Below the pieces are notes generated by a model. The model had not been told where the DNA came from. It made no database searches and worked only from the letters and a program-made list of their open reading frames with translations. Below are positions 31,775 through 40,476 of a stretch of 64,000 bases of DNA, piece by piece. A program made the position numbers and the translations under genes. Within the stretch, counting starts at the first letter, position 1. Each line of letters begins with the position of its first letter. The DNA is taken from sequence record SRR31156797_6066. One strand, given 5' to 3'.

Positions 31775-32005
31775 ATTTTCGAGGATGTTTTTTACATCCT
31801 CAAGGATCTATTTTTGATCCTTTAAGATATTTTGGATATCCTCGAAGATGTAATTTTGGTCTTTCAAGATGTATTCCACATCCTCGAGGATCTCTTTTAA
31901 CTCCTTGAAGAAATAGTTTTGGTCCTTCAGGATGTAACCTAACTACTTAGAGATCTTAAGTTGGTGCTAGTAGATCAAATTTTTATACTTAAGGATATTT
32001 CCCTG
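31775..32005. repeat. Array of 11 degenerate 21-bp tandem units with palindromic core ATCCTnnAGGAT
   Basis: Units start at 31775, 31796, 31817, 31838, 31859, 31880, 31901, 31922, 31943, 31964, 31985; cores include ATCCTCAAGGAT, ATCCTCGAAGAT, ATCCTCGAGGAT, GTCCTTCAGGAT, ATACTTAAGGAT. Confidence 0.85.
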
Positions 32006-32302
32006 TAATTTCAGAGTAACATGGAAGGAGGTTTCATTACCAAGACTCTCCCCATTTAAGAAAAATAACTATTTCGAAATAAAGATCATTTAGTAATGCT
32101 TGCCATATTTTTCTCAATATATTTTTTATAATTACTGTTCTTACGTATATTTATTATATTAATCTTTAAAATCCCTATAAATCAAGAAGAAAATGACATT
32201 TACCGCCAATATTATCTTTCATTATGGATAATTTACCTTAACAATTAGACTGATTTTTAACCAAACAAATACACTATTATTTAACCTTTAATAAATACCC
32301 CT

Positions 32303-32899
32303 ATGCACAAAGATTATTTAAGCCTGATAAATGGCAAATCGAATCTATGGAAAAGGTTAATGTTAGATTATCCAGCCAAACTTGAAAAAGAATTAACAGA
32401 GGAAGATAAAGAATTACAAGTTTTTCTTTTCTATGGAGTAATGGCTTTGGATACTTGCTTTGATCCAGCGGGAGAAGAAAAACTTTTCGATCTGGATATC
32501 TATCAATTAGATTCTATATATGTAATTCTAGCATACAACAATATGGTTGAATCCTTACTATGTTTTTATTTTTTAGACCATGGTTATCATCCCAATCTGG
32601 TAAAGAGGTTTTGTGAAATAAGAAGCAATTTATTTCAAGAAAGTGGCATCGAAGAATCCATTCATGATTTATATAAAGAAGCTTCAAGCATGGCAACCAT
32701 AACCAGAGAGTGTTTCTTAAGTTTTGTCAGCTATTTCAACATACCTGAAACAAAGGAAAACGCTTTACAATTGTATTGTATTCTTCAAACTTTTTACAAG
32801 CAAATTAAATTGGGACTTAGAAAAGATGACAAGAGTTCAACCCAAGATCTCTCTCTGCTAAAGCAAGGATATGAACTGGATAACAAATCATCTTGCTAA
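32303..32899 (+). CDS. Hypothetical protein (198 aa)
   Basis: Long ORF in an AT-rich gap with an A-rich leader; no motif recognised. Confidence 0.65.
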   Translation: MHKDYLSLINGKSNLWKRLMLDYPAKLEKELTEEDKELQVFLFYGVMALDTCFDPAGEEKLFDLDIYQLDSIYVILAYNNMVESLLCFYFLDHGYHPNLVKRFCEIRSNLFQESGIEESIHDLYKEASSMATITRECFLSFVSYFNIPETKENALQLYCILQTFYKQIKLGLRKDDKSSTQDLSLLKQGYELDNKSSC

Positions 32900-32910
32900 A
32901 ATAAGAATCT

Positions 32911-32949
32911 AAAAAAAGACCTACCCGAAATTAATCGAGCAGGTCTTTT
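32911..32949 (-). terminator. Terminator of the bcd-etfBA / lysine fermentation transcript (possibly bidirectional)
   Basis: Minus strand AAAAGACCTGCTCGA-TTAATT-TCGGGTAGGTCTTTTTTT. Confidence 0.8.
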
Positions 32950-32976
32950 CATCTATAAATAGTGGTTAACCCTATG

Positions 32977-33969
32977 CTATTTGTTCAATTGCTCGGTAAG
33001 CTTTTTAATGATTTGCTTTGCATCACCTACGATACCCAAATCAGCCACCTGGAAAATTGGTGCAGCTTTGTCTTTATTAACTGCAATAATTAAATCAGAA
33101 TCTTCCATACCTGCAACGTGCTGAATGGCTCCTGAGATACCGAATGCGAAATACAAGTCGGGACGAACTGTTTTACCTGTCTGACCCACCTGACGATCGT
33201 GACCAATGTAACCTGCATCAACCATAGCACGAGAAGCAGAAACCTCTGCGTCTAATGTTTCAGCCAATCCGTCCATTGCTTCAAAACCTTCTTTGTTTCC
33301 AATACCACGACCACCAGAAACCAAAATTCTCGCTTCCGTAATATCGATCAAATCTGTTTCTTCTTTTACAGTTTCGATCAACTTTACTTTAAATTTAGCA
33401 GAGTTGAATTTCACTTCGTAGTTTACAATGTCTCCAGTACGATTTTCATCAGCGTCCATTGCAAACAATACACCCGGACGAACAGTACCCATTTGAGGAC
33501 GGTGGTTCTTACAAACGATAGTAGCCATTAGGTTACCACCGAAAGCAGGACGAGTCATTAACATTTCGCCTTTTTCACCAATCTCAATCTTAGTACAGTC
33601 AGCAGTTAAACCAGTAGCTGCACGAGCCGATACTCTAGGTCCTAAATCACGACCTAAAGTAGTAGCACCAATCAACATCGATTCTGGTTTTCTCTCTTCA
33701 ATAATCTGGCAAATTGCCTGTGTATACGGTTCTGTAGTGTACTCTTTCAATTCAGGAGCATCAACAACAATTACCTCATCAGCACCACGAGCAATTAGGC
33801 TCTGAGCCTGATCAGCAATTCCGTGTCCCAATAACATTGCATACACTTTGTCGTTCAACTCATCAGCTAATTTTCTAGCCTGTCCTAACAACTCTAAAGC
33901 TACATTTTGAATAACACCTTCACGTTGTTCAATGAAAACGTATATACCTTTGTAATCTTCTAAATTCAT
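32977..33969 (-). CDS. etfA: Electron transfer flavoprotein alpha subunit
   Basis: TGLTADCT, RPAFGGN, SGGRG, QVGQTGK, GISGAIQH. Confidence 0.96.
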   Translation of the reverse strand: MNLEDYKGIYVFIEQREGVIQNVALELLGQARKLADELNDKVYAMLLGHGIADQAQSLIARGADEVIVVDAPELKEYTTEPYTQAICQIIEERKPESMLIGATTLGRDLGPRVSARAATGLTADCTKIEIGEKGEMLMTRPAFGGNLMATIVCKNHRPQMGTVRPGVLFAMDADENRTGDIVNYEVKFNSAKFKVKLIETVKEETDLIDITEARILVSGGRGIGNKEGFEAMDGLAETLDAEVSASRAMVDAGYIGHDRQVGQTGKTVRPDLYFAFGISGAIQHVAGMEDSDLIIAVNKDKAAPIFQVADLGIVGDAKQIIKKLTEQLNK

Positions 33970-33978
33970 GGCTATATA

Positions 33979-34764
33979 TTAGTTTAGAATGAATTTCTCT
34001 TTTAACTTCTTGATGATGATTCCTACTGCCTCATCAGTCTCTACCTCATAAAGTTCTCCTGCTGGTTTTAAACCACGAGCAAATGCTTTGTGTACACTTG
34101 TTGGCGATCCTTTTAAACCAAGATCTTTCTCATCAACTTCAATTTCGTTGAATCCCCAAACCTCAACTTCTTTCTGGTAAGCATCAACAATACCACCAAC
34201 GTTCATGTAACGTGGGTTATTAGCCGATGAAAGAACAGTTACCACACAAGGTGCTTCCACCTCTAGCATTTGGTATCCTTCTTCGATATGACGTCTCATA
34301 GTGAAAGTCTTATCTCCGTCGAATTTCAAATCTTCAAGGTAAGATACCTGTGGTAAATCAAGGTGCTCAGCAATCTGAGGACCTACCTGAGCAGTATCAC
34401 CATCAATTGCCTGACGACCAGTGATCAAAAGATCAAAATCGATCTTTCTTAATGCACCAGCCAAAGCGTGTGAAGTTGCCAAAGTATCTGCTCCGGCAAA
34501 TTTTCTATCTGTTAAATGGATTGCACGATCAACTCCCATTGCAAACGCCTCACGAAGAATTAAATCAGCCTGAGGAGGTCCCATGGTAATTACTGTAACG
34601 TGTGCTCCTTTTTCATCTTTTAATTGAAGTGCCATTTCCAAACCACTTTTATCATCAGGGTTCATGATACTTGGCACACCATCACGGATTAAAGTACCCG
34701 TTTTTGGATCTATCTTAATTTCGGTTGTATCCGGTACCTGCTTAATACAGACAACTATTTTCAT
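33979..34764 (-). CDS. etfB: Electron transfer flavoprotein beta subunit
   Basis: MKIVVCIKQVPDT, GADTLAT, QAIDGDTAQVG, GSPT; start ATG 34764. Confidence 0.96.
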   Translation of the reverse strand: MKIVVCIKQVPDTTEIKIDPKTGTLIRDGVPSIMNPDDKSGLEMALQLKDEKGAHVTVITMGPPQADLILREAFAMGVDRAIHLTDRKFAGADTLATSHALAGALRKIDFDLLITGRQAIDGDTAQVGPQIAEHLDLPQVSYLEDLKFDGDKTFTMRRHIEEGYQMLEVEAPCVVTVLSSANNPRYMNVGGIVDAYQKEVEVWGFNEIEVDEKDLGLKGSPTSVHKAFARGLKPAGELYEVETDEAVGIIIKKLKEKFILN

Positions 34765-34786
34765 TTCTTTTGATTTTATTGAAACA

Positions 34787-34814
34787 GTACGGACACGACA
34801 TGTCATGTCCCTAC
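34787..34814. repeat. REP-like palindrome, copy 1
   Basis: GTACGGACACGACATGTCATGTCCCTAC; near-identical to the copy at 37319; GTAG/CTAC-type ends. Confidence 0.75.
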
Positions 34815-34827
34815 ACATATTAAATCC

Positions 34828-35967
34828 TTACTTCAACATGTTAGCTGAAATCACCATTTTCTGAACTTCAGAAGTTCCTTCATAGATCTCAGTGATCTTT
34901 GCATCACGCATCATACGCTCAACAGGATATTCTCTTGTATATCCGTATCCACCATGAAGCTGAACTGCTTTATTGGTAACTTCCATTGCTGTTTCAGCAG
35001 CATAAAGTTTACACATTGCTGCATCAACCGAATAAGGTACTTTCTTATCCTTCTTGTTAGCAGCTTTGCGAACCAACATACGAGAAGCTTCAGTCTTGGT
35101 ATTCATATCAGCCAACTGGAATTGGGTGTTCTGGAAACCAGAAATCGGACGACCGAACTGCTTTCTTTCTTTCACATATTTCACAGTTTCGTTAATAGCT
35201 CCCTGAGCAATACCCAAAGCCTGAGCAGCGATACCAATACGACCACCATCTAAAGTTTTCATAGCGATACCAAAACCTTTGTTCAATTTTCCTAACATGT
35301 TCTCTTTTGGAAGAACTACGTTTTCGAAAATCAACTCACAAGTTGCCGATCCACGGATACCCATTTTCTTCTCTTTTTTACCGATAGAGAAACCTGGAGT
35401 TCCTTTTTCAATAATAAAAGCAGTAATACCACGAGTACCTTTCGACTTGTCAGTCATTGCTAAAATCACATAAACGTGAGCAAATTCTGCATTGGTAATA
35501 AAAATCTTACTACCATTAATGATATAATTATCACCGTCTTCAACCGCAGTTGTCTGCTGACCTGCAGCATCGGTTCCGGCGTTAGGTTCAGTTAAACCAA
35601 AAGCACCAATCCACTCACCTGAAGCCAATTTAGGAAGGTATTTCTGCTTTTGAGCTTCGGTACCATTCTCCATAATTGGAGCAGCACACAATGAAGTATG
35701 AGCAGATACGATAACTCCTGTAGTTGCACAAACAGCTGATAATTCTTCAACAGCCATTGAGTACATTACGTTGTTACCACCAGCACCACCATATTGCTTA
35801 GGAATTGGAATCCCCATAATTCCAATCTTAGCCATTTTCTCTACTGTTTCGATAGGAAAACGCTCCTGCTCATCAACCTCAGCAGCCAAAGGCTTCACTT
35901 CTCTTTCAGCAAAATCTTTAATCATTTGCTGAAATAACACTTGTTCTTTTGTTAAGCTAAAATCCAT
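34828..35967 (-). CDS. bcd: Butyryl-CoA (acyl-CoA) dehydrogenase
   Basis: FGLTEPNAGTD, GSKIFITN, LDGGRIGIA, RKQFG, ITEIYEGTSEV; followed by etfBA. Confidence 0.93.
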   Translation of the reverse strand: MDFSLTKEQVLFQQMIKDFAEREVKPLAAEVDEQERFPIETVEKMAKIGIMGIPIPKQYGGAGGNNVMYSMAVEELSAVCATTGVIVSAHTSLCAAPIMENGTEAQKQKYLPKLASGEWIGAFGLTEPNAGTDAAGQQTTAVEDGDNYIINGSKIFITNAEFAHVYVILAMTDKSKGTRGITAFIIEKGTPGFSIGKKEKKMGIRGSATCELIFENVVLPKENMLGKLNKGFGIAMKTLDGGRIGIAAQALGIAQGAINETVKYVKERKQFGRPISGFQNTQFQLADMNTKTEASRMLVRKAANKKDKKVPYSVDAAMCKLYAAETAMEVTNKAVQLHGGYGYTREYPVERMMRDAKITEIYEGTSEVQKMVISANMLK

Positions 35968-36020
35968 ATTTTTTATTAGATGTTAGTTGACAAAACACAG
36001 TACACCTCTAAACTCATTAC

Positions 36021-36045
36021 AAAAAGCCCCTAAAACCGAGGCTTT
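36021..36045 (-). terminator. Terminator-like hairpin between thiolase and bcd
   Basis: Minus strand AAAGCCTC-GGTTTTA-GGGGCTTTTT. Confidence 0.5.
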
Positions 36046-36090
36046 GAAATAAGACATTAAAGCTACTGCGTTCTACCTACTCAGTACTAA

Positions 36091-37296
36091 TTACACGTTT
36101 TTCAAAATAATTGCAGTACCCATACCACCACCGATACAAAGTGAAGCCAAACCATACTCTTTACCAGTACGCTTCATTTCGTGAATCAAACTTACAGCGA
36201 TACGAGTTCCTGAAGCACCAATTGGATGACCCAAAGCAATAGCTCCACCGTTTACATTGCATCTCTCTTTAAAGAAATCAGCATCTACAGCGTGATCTTC
36301 GCACAATTGCTTCACAACTCCTAATGATTGAGCAGCAAAAGCTTCGTTCAATTCAAGCACTTCCATCTGCTCTAATTTCATATCAGCTTTCTTCAATACA
36401 CTAGCAACAGCAGGAACTGGTCCCATACCCATGATTGCAGGATCAACACCACCTTGACCGGTAGCTACGATTTCTGCCAATGGAGTTAAACCATGCTCTT
36501 TAACTGCCTCTTCAGATGCAACCAAAACAAAAGCTGCACCATCGTTAATACCCGATGCATTACCAGCAGTTACCGTTCCGTCTTTCTTAAAAGCAGGACG
36601 TAAACCTCCTAGTTTTTCTTCGCTGGTTCTTTTATTGATGAATTCATCTGCGTCAAAAACAATTGTTTCTCTGCGAGATTTGATCTCAACAGGAACAATT
36701 TCATTTTTAAAGTTTCCATTCTCTTGAGCCGCTGCAGCTTTTTGCTGAGAACCAAATGCAAATGCATCCTGCTCTTCGCGAGTCAAGCTATATTTATCAG
36801 CAATATTTTCTGCTGTAATACCCATGTGATATCCTTCGAAAGCATCAGTTAAACCATCAAAAACCATATGGTCAACAGCTTTCAAATCCATCATTTTGTG
36901 TCCGCCACGAACTGCTCCTGGCATAACGAAACCAGAGTTCGACATGTTTTCTGTACCTCCGGCAAGAATCATGTTTGCTTCTCCAGACTTGATGTTTGCA
37001 TAAGCAAGGTTGATCGTCTTCATACCTGAACCACAAATCATGTTGATTCCATAAGCAGGAACTTCCTGAGGAATACCCGCTTTGATAGAAGCCTGACGAG
37101 CAACACCCTGACCTTGACCAGCCGAAAGAATATTACCTACAACAACCTCATCTAATTTAGCTGCATCAATACCAGTTTCTGCAACGATGTTATTCATTAC
37201 TGTTGCCGCCAAATCTGCAGCTTTAACAGGAGTTAATGTTCCCAAAAATTTTCCGATTGCAGTACGTTTCGCTGCAACAATATATACTTTGCTCAT
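36091..37296 (-). CDS. thlA: Acetyl-CoA C-acetyltransferase (thiolase)
   Basis: NMICGSG, NEAFA, GHPIG, CIGGG thiolase motifs. Confidence 0.95.
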   Translation of the reverse strand: MSKVYIVAAKRTAIGKFLGTLTPVKAADLAATVMNNIVAETGIDAAKLDEVVVGNILSAGQGQGVARQASIKAGIPQEVPAYGINMICGSGMKTINLAYANIKSGEANMILAGGTENMSNSGFVMPGAVRGGHKMMDLKAVDHMVFDGLTDAFEGYHMGITAENIADKYSLTREEQDAFAFGSQQKAAAAQENGNFKNEIVPVEIKSRRETIVFDADEFINKRTSEEKLGGLRPAFKKDGTVTAGNASGINDGAAFVLVASEEAVKEHGLTPLAEIVATGQGGVDPAIMGMGPVPAVASVLKKADMKLEQMEVLELNEAFAAQSLGVVKQLCEDHAVDADFFKERCNVNGGAIALGHPIGASGTRIAVSLIHEMKRTGKEYGLASLCIGGGMGTAIILKNV

Positions 37297-37318
37297 TTTT
37301 GTTTATTTTATGATTTTG

Positions 37319-37346
37319 GCAGGGACACGACATGTCGTGTCCTTAC
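37319..37346. repeat. REP-like palindrome, copy 2 (overlaps the atoA stop codon)
   Basis: GCAGGGACACGACATGTCGTGTCCTTAC with perfect inner palindrome GGACACGACATGTCGTGTCC. Confidence 0.75.
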
Positions 37347-38002
37347 TTACGCATTTCAATTAAATCCTCGGCAATAATCAGTTTGGCATCGGTAGCTTCC
37401 TGAATTTGTTCCAAAGTAAACATTGGATTGAATTCTTTCAACAAGATACCTTCAGGAACGATCTCCATTACACCCATTTCTGTGATAATCATATCCACCT
37501 GACCTGCGGCTGTTAAAGGAAGATTACAATCGGTCATAATCTTGTGGTTACCACGAGCAGTATGTTCCATTGCTAGAATCACACGCTTAGCACCAACAAT
37601 CAAATCCATTGCTCCACCCATTCCAGGAGTCTTTTTTCCAGGAATAATCCAGTTGGCAAGGTTTCCTTTTTCATCAACCTGCAATGCACCAAGGAAAGTA
37701 ACATCTACATGACCTCCTCTAATGATTCCAAAAGAAACAGAACTATCAAAACTGCTTGCACCTTCTTTGCAGGTAATGTATCCACCACCAGCATTAATAA
37801 AATCAGGATCTTCTTCTCCTTCAGCAGGAGCAGCACCCATACCAAGCATTCCGTTTTCTGATTGTAGAATCACATTTACATCAGCTGATACATAGTTAGG
37901 GATAATTGTAGGCAAACCAATTCCTAGATTCACCACATCTCCGTTGTTTAATTCGAGAGCAGATCTTTTAGCAATCACCTCTCTGATTTCTTTTTTATCC
38001 AT
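37343..38002 (-). CDS. atoA: Butyrate-acetoacetate CoA-transferase beta subunit
   Basis: VNLGIGLP, QSENG catalytic Glu, GMGGAMDL; start ATG 38002. Confidence 0.9.
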   Translation of the reverse strand: MDKKEIREVIAKRSALELNNGDVVNLGIGLPTIIPNYVSADVNVILQSENGMLGMGAAPAEGEEDPDFINAGGGYITCKEGASSFDSSVSFGIIRGGHVDVTFLGALQVDEKGNLANWIIPGKKTPGMGGAMDLIVGAKRVILAMEHTARGNHKIMTDCNLPLTAAGQVDMIITEMGVMEIVPEGILLKEFNPMFTLEQIQEATDAKLIIAEDLIEMRK

Positions 38003-38059
38003 TTGAGATTTATTTAGATGTGAGATATGAGTTTTTACTCTCATATCTCAATGCTTTAT

Positions 38060-38848
38060 TTATGCATTTAATCTTCTGCTTAATTCCTGAGCAGCATATG
38101 ATGCTACATCATCAGCATATTTGTTCATACCAAAACCTGCATCGTAACCAAGTTCCTTAGCAAGTTCGTGAGAGATACGTGGACCACCACAAATCAAGAT
38201 TACCTTATCACGTAATCCTTCAGCTTCCATCAACTCAACCAATTCAGTTAAGTTTTTAATGTGAACATCTTTTTGAGTTACCGTTTGTGATACCAAAAGA
38301 ACATCAGCTTCAAACTCGATAGCTTTAGCGATAAATTCTTCATTTGGTACCTGGCTACCCATGTTCAAGGCTTCCATCATTTCATATCTTTCCAAGCCAT
38401 AATGACCTGCAAAACCTTTCATATTCATAATTGCATCGATACCTACTGTATGTGCATCGGTACCAGTACTAGCACCCAAAACACGAATAGGACGACCAAT
38501 GTTTTCTTTTACGAAATCATCAGTTTCATGCATATCCATAGTAGTTGATTCTACCTTTGGAACATCAATTACCGTGTAATCAACAGTGTGAGTACAGTTT
38601 CCATAGCAATTGAAAAAAGTAAATCCTTCCATCAATTCCTGAACCATAACAACCTGAGGGTTTTCAAAACCCATTTTGCGCATCATCTGCTTGGCTGCTT
38701 CAATAGCTTCTTCGCCTTTGGCAACAGGAAGAGTAAAACTAACCTGCGTTTTACCATCATTCATGGTATCACCGTAAGGTTTGATCTTGGTAAGATCTAA
38801 CGTTTTATCAAAATCGTTGGAATCAGTTGAATAAAGACCTCCACTCAT
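38060..38848 (-). CDS. kamE: Lysine 5,6-aminomutase beta subunit (B12-binding)
   Basis: KPYGDTMNDG, DAHTVG cobalamin motif, NMKG PLP lysine, GGPRI. Confidence 0.95.
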   Translation of the reverse strand: MSGGLYSTDSNDFDKTLDLTKIKPYGDTMNDGKTQVSFTLPVAKGEEAIEAAKQMMRKMGFENPQVVMVQELMEGFTFFNCYGNCTHTVDYTVIDVPKVESTTMDMHETDDFVKENIGRPIRVLGASTGTDAHTVGIDAIMNMKGFAGHYGLERYEMMEALNMGSQVPNEEFIAKAIEFEADVLLVSQTVTQKDVHIKNLTELVELMEAEGLRDKVILICGGPRISHELAKELGYDAGFGMNKYADDVASYAAQELSRRLNA

Positions 38849-38905
38849 TTTATTGTCTCCTTCTATATTTAGTCCCGTAGTTATCGGGATGAAATGTCAA
38901 TTAAT

Positions 38906-40474
38906 TTATTTCTTATGCAATATTTCGATGAAAGGATTGAAGTAGTTGCTTCCTTTTTCCACAACACCATCTAAACCTTTACCACCATCCATAGGACGCT
39001 TGATATCAGCGAAAATTCCTTTTTCAAGGGCAGTAAACAATCCTTCTTTCTCGATTTTTTCAACCAATTCAGTTGCATCATCAAGAACCTTAGCAGCTCT
39101 CTTACGAATAATACCACCTTCTTTGAATTCCATTTCGTCGCCAATACTCTTCATGTTGTTAAAGATGTACTTGGCATTCTCAATAGAAAGATATCTGTCT
39201 GACATGAAAGGAGTATGAATAGCTTCGGTTAACATACCAAGCAATTGAATTCCTTGTCCTGTCCAGATTGAAATTTGATTGAATAATGCATCCTGAACAT
39301 TTCCTTTGAAAATGTTACCTGTCATAAATTTTGTTGGAGGCATATATTTTAATGGAGCCTTAGGGAAAATCTCTCTAATCATTTGAGCTTGACCAAGCTC
39401 GAAAAGGAAACCATTTTCCAAGTCAGGAGTCATCTCAAAAGCGTGACCTAATCCCATTTGTTCTTCAGGTAAACCTGCTACCACAGCTAACTGCTCGTTA
39501 ATAAAATCAGAAGCCAATACAGTATGAGCCTCATCAAAAGCATCAGCAGTCGTTAGGTAGTTATCTTCTCCGGTGTTAATAATTACACCAGCAAATCCAT
39601 TTAATAATCTTGAGAAGTACTGGTCAACAATAGTACGTTGCATGTTAATATCACGGAAAAGAATTCCATACAATGCATCGTTCAACATTACATCCAATCC
39701 TTCAATTGCTCCCATAGCAGCAATTTCTGGCATACATAGACCCGAACAGTAATTGCACAAACGGATGTATTTGCCTTCTTCTTCACCAACCTTATCCAAA
39801 GCAGTACGCATAATGCGGAAGTTTTCCTGAGTAGCAACGGTTCCACCAAAACCTTCAGTAGTTGCTCCGTAAGGAACATAGTCAAGCAAACTCTGACCAG
39901 TAGTACGAATTACAGCAATAATATCAGCACCCTGACGAGCTGCAGCTTCAGCCTGAACAACATCTTCGTAGATGTTACCAGTTGCTACAATCACGTATAA
40001 ATAAGGCTTTGGACCTTCACCAATCGTATCAATATAATTGTCTCTTTTGGCTTTGCGATCTCTGATCACCTGAATGCTCTTCTCAACAAAAGGTTGCATT
40101 GCGTTCTGAATTTCTTCAGCAGTATGAACAGGAAGTGTAGTAATATCCAATTCACCAGCAGCAATCTTTTCAGCAATTTGCTGTGGGTTTAATCCTGTTT
40201 CCAAAACAGCATTTCCCAAAAAGAACATTACACCTTCACTCAATACTCCTTTGTCCTTTAATTCATCAACCACAACATTCGGAAGTGGCACTTCGTTGTT
40301 ATCAACTCCGTCGATTCCTAAAAGACGACACAAAGTACGCTCAACAGCAACGGTTGAGTAGTTGTCTACGAATTTCTGAACATCGTCTGCAATTCGCTTC
40401 GACACCTCTTTGGCGTGTCCAACTTTCTCAAAGTCAAGACCTAGTTTACTCCTTTGCATATTCAATTTATCCAT
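38906..40474 (-). CDS. kamD: Lysine 5,6-aminomutase alpha subunit
   Basis: VIVATGNIYED, GQSLLDYVP, NYCSGLCMPE, INTGEDNY; start could be Met at 40459. Confidence 0.95.
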   Translation of the reverse strand: MDKLNMQRSKLGLDFEKVGHAKEVSKRIADDVQKFVDNYSTVAVERTLCRLLGIDGVDNNEVPLPNVVVDELKDKGVLSEGVMFFLGNAVLETGLNPQQIAEKIAAGELDITTLPVHTAEEIQNAMQPFVEKSIQVIRDRKAKRDNYIDTIGEGPKPYLYVIVATGNIYEDVVQAEAAARQGADIIAVIRTTGQSLLDYVPYGATTEGFGGTVATQENFRIMRTALDKVGEEEGKYIRLCNYCSGLCMPEIAAMGAIEGLDVMLNDALYGILFRDINMQRTIVDQYFSRLLNGFAGVIINTGEDNYLTTADAFDEAHTVLASDFINEQLAVVAGLPEEQMGLGHAFEMTPDLENGFLFELGQAQMIREIFPKAPLKYMPPTKFMTGNIFKGNVQDALFNQISIWTGQGIQLLGMLTEAIHTPFMSDRYLSIENAKYIFNNMKSIGDEMEFKEGGIIRKRAAKVLDDATELVEKIEKEGLFTALEKGIFADIKRPMDGGKGLDGVVEKGSNYFNPFIEILHKK

Positions 40475-40476
40475 TA

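Noticed and set aside
31775-32005. 21-bp repeat array as a CRISPR array
   Set aside because: Cores are only 12 bp and degenerate, spacers are 9 bp, and no cas genes are in the window.
34765-34818. N-terminal extensions given by the ORF track for etfB (and similarly atoA, kamB, rsmH, the Usp and STAS genes)
   Set aside because: The extensions run through intergenic repeats or upstream genes; family N-termini match the downstream ATGs used above.
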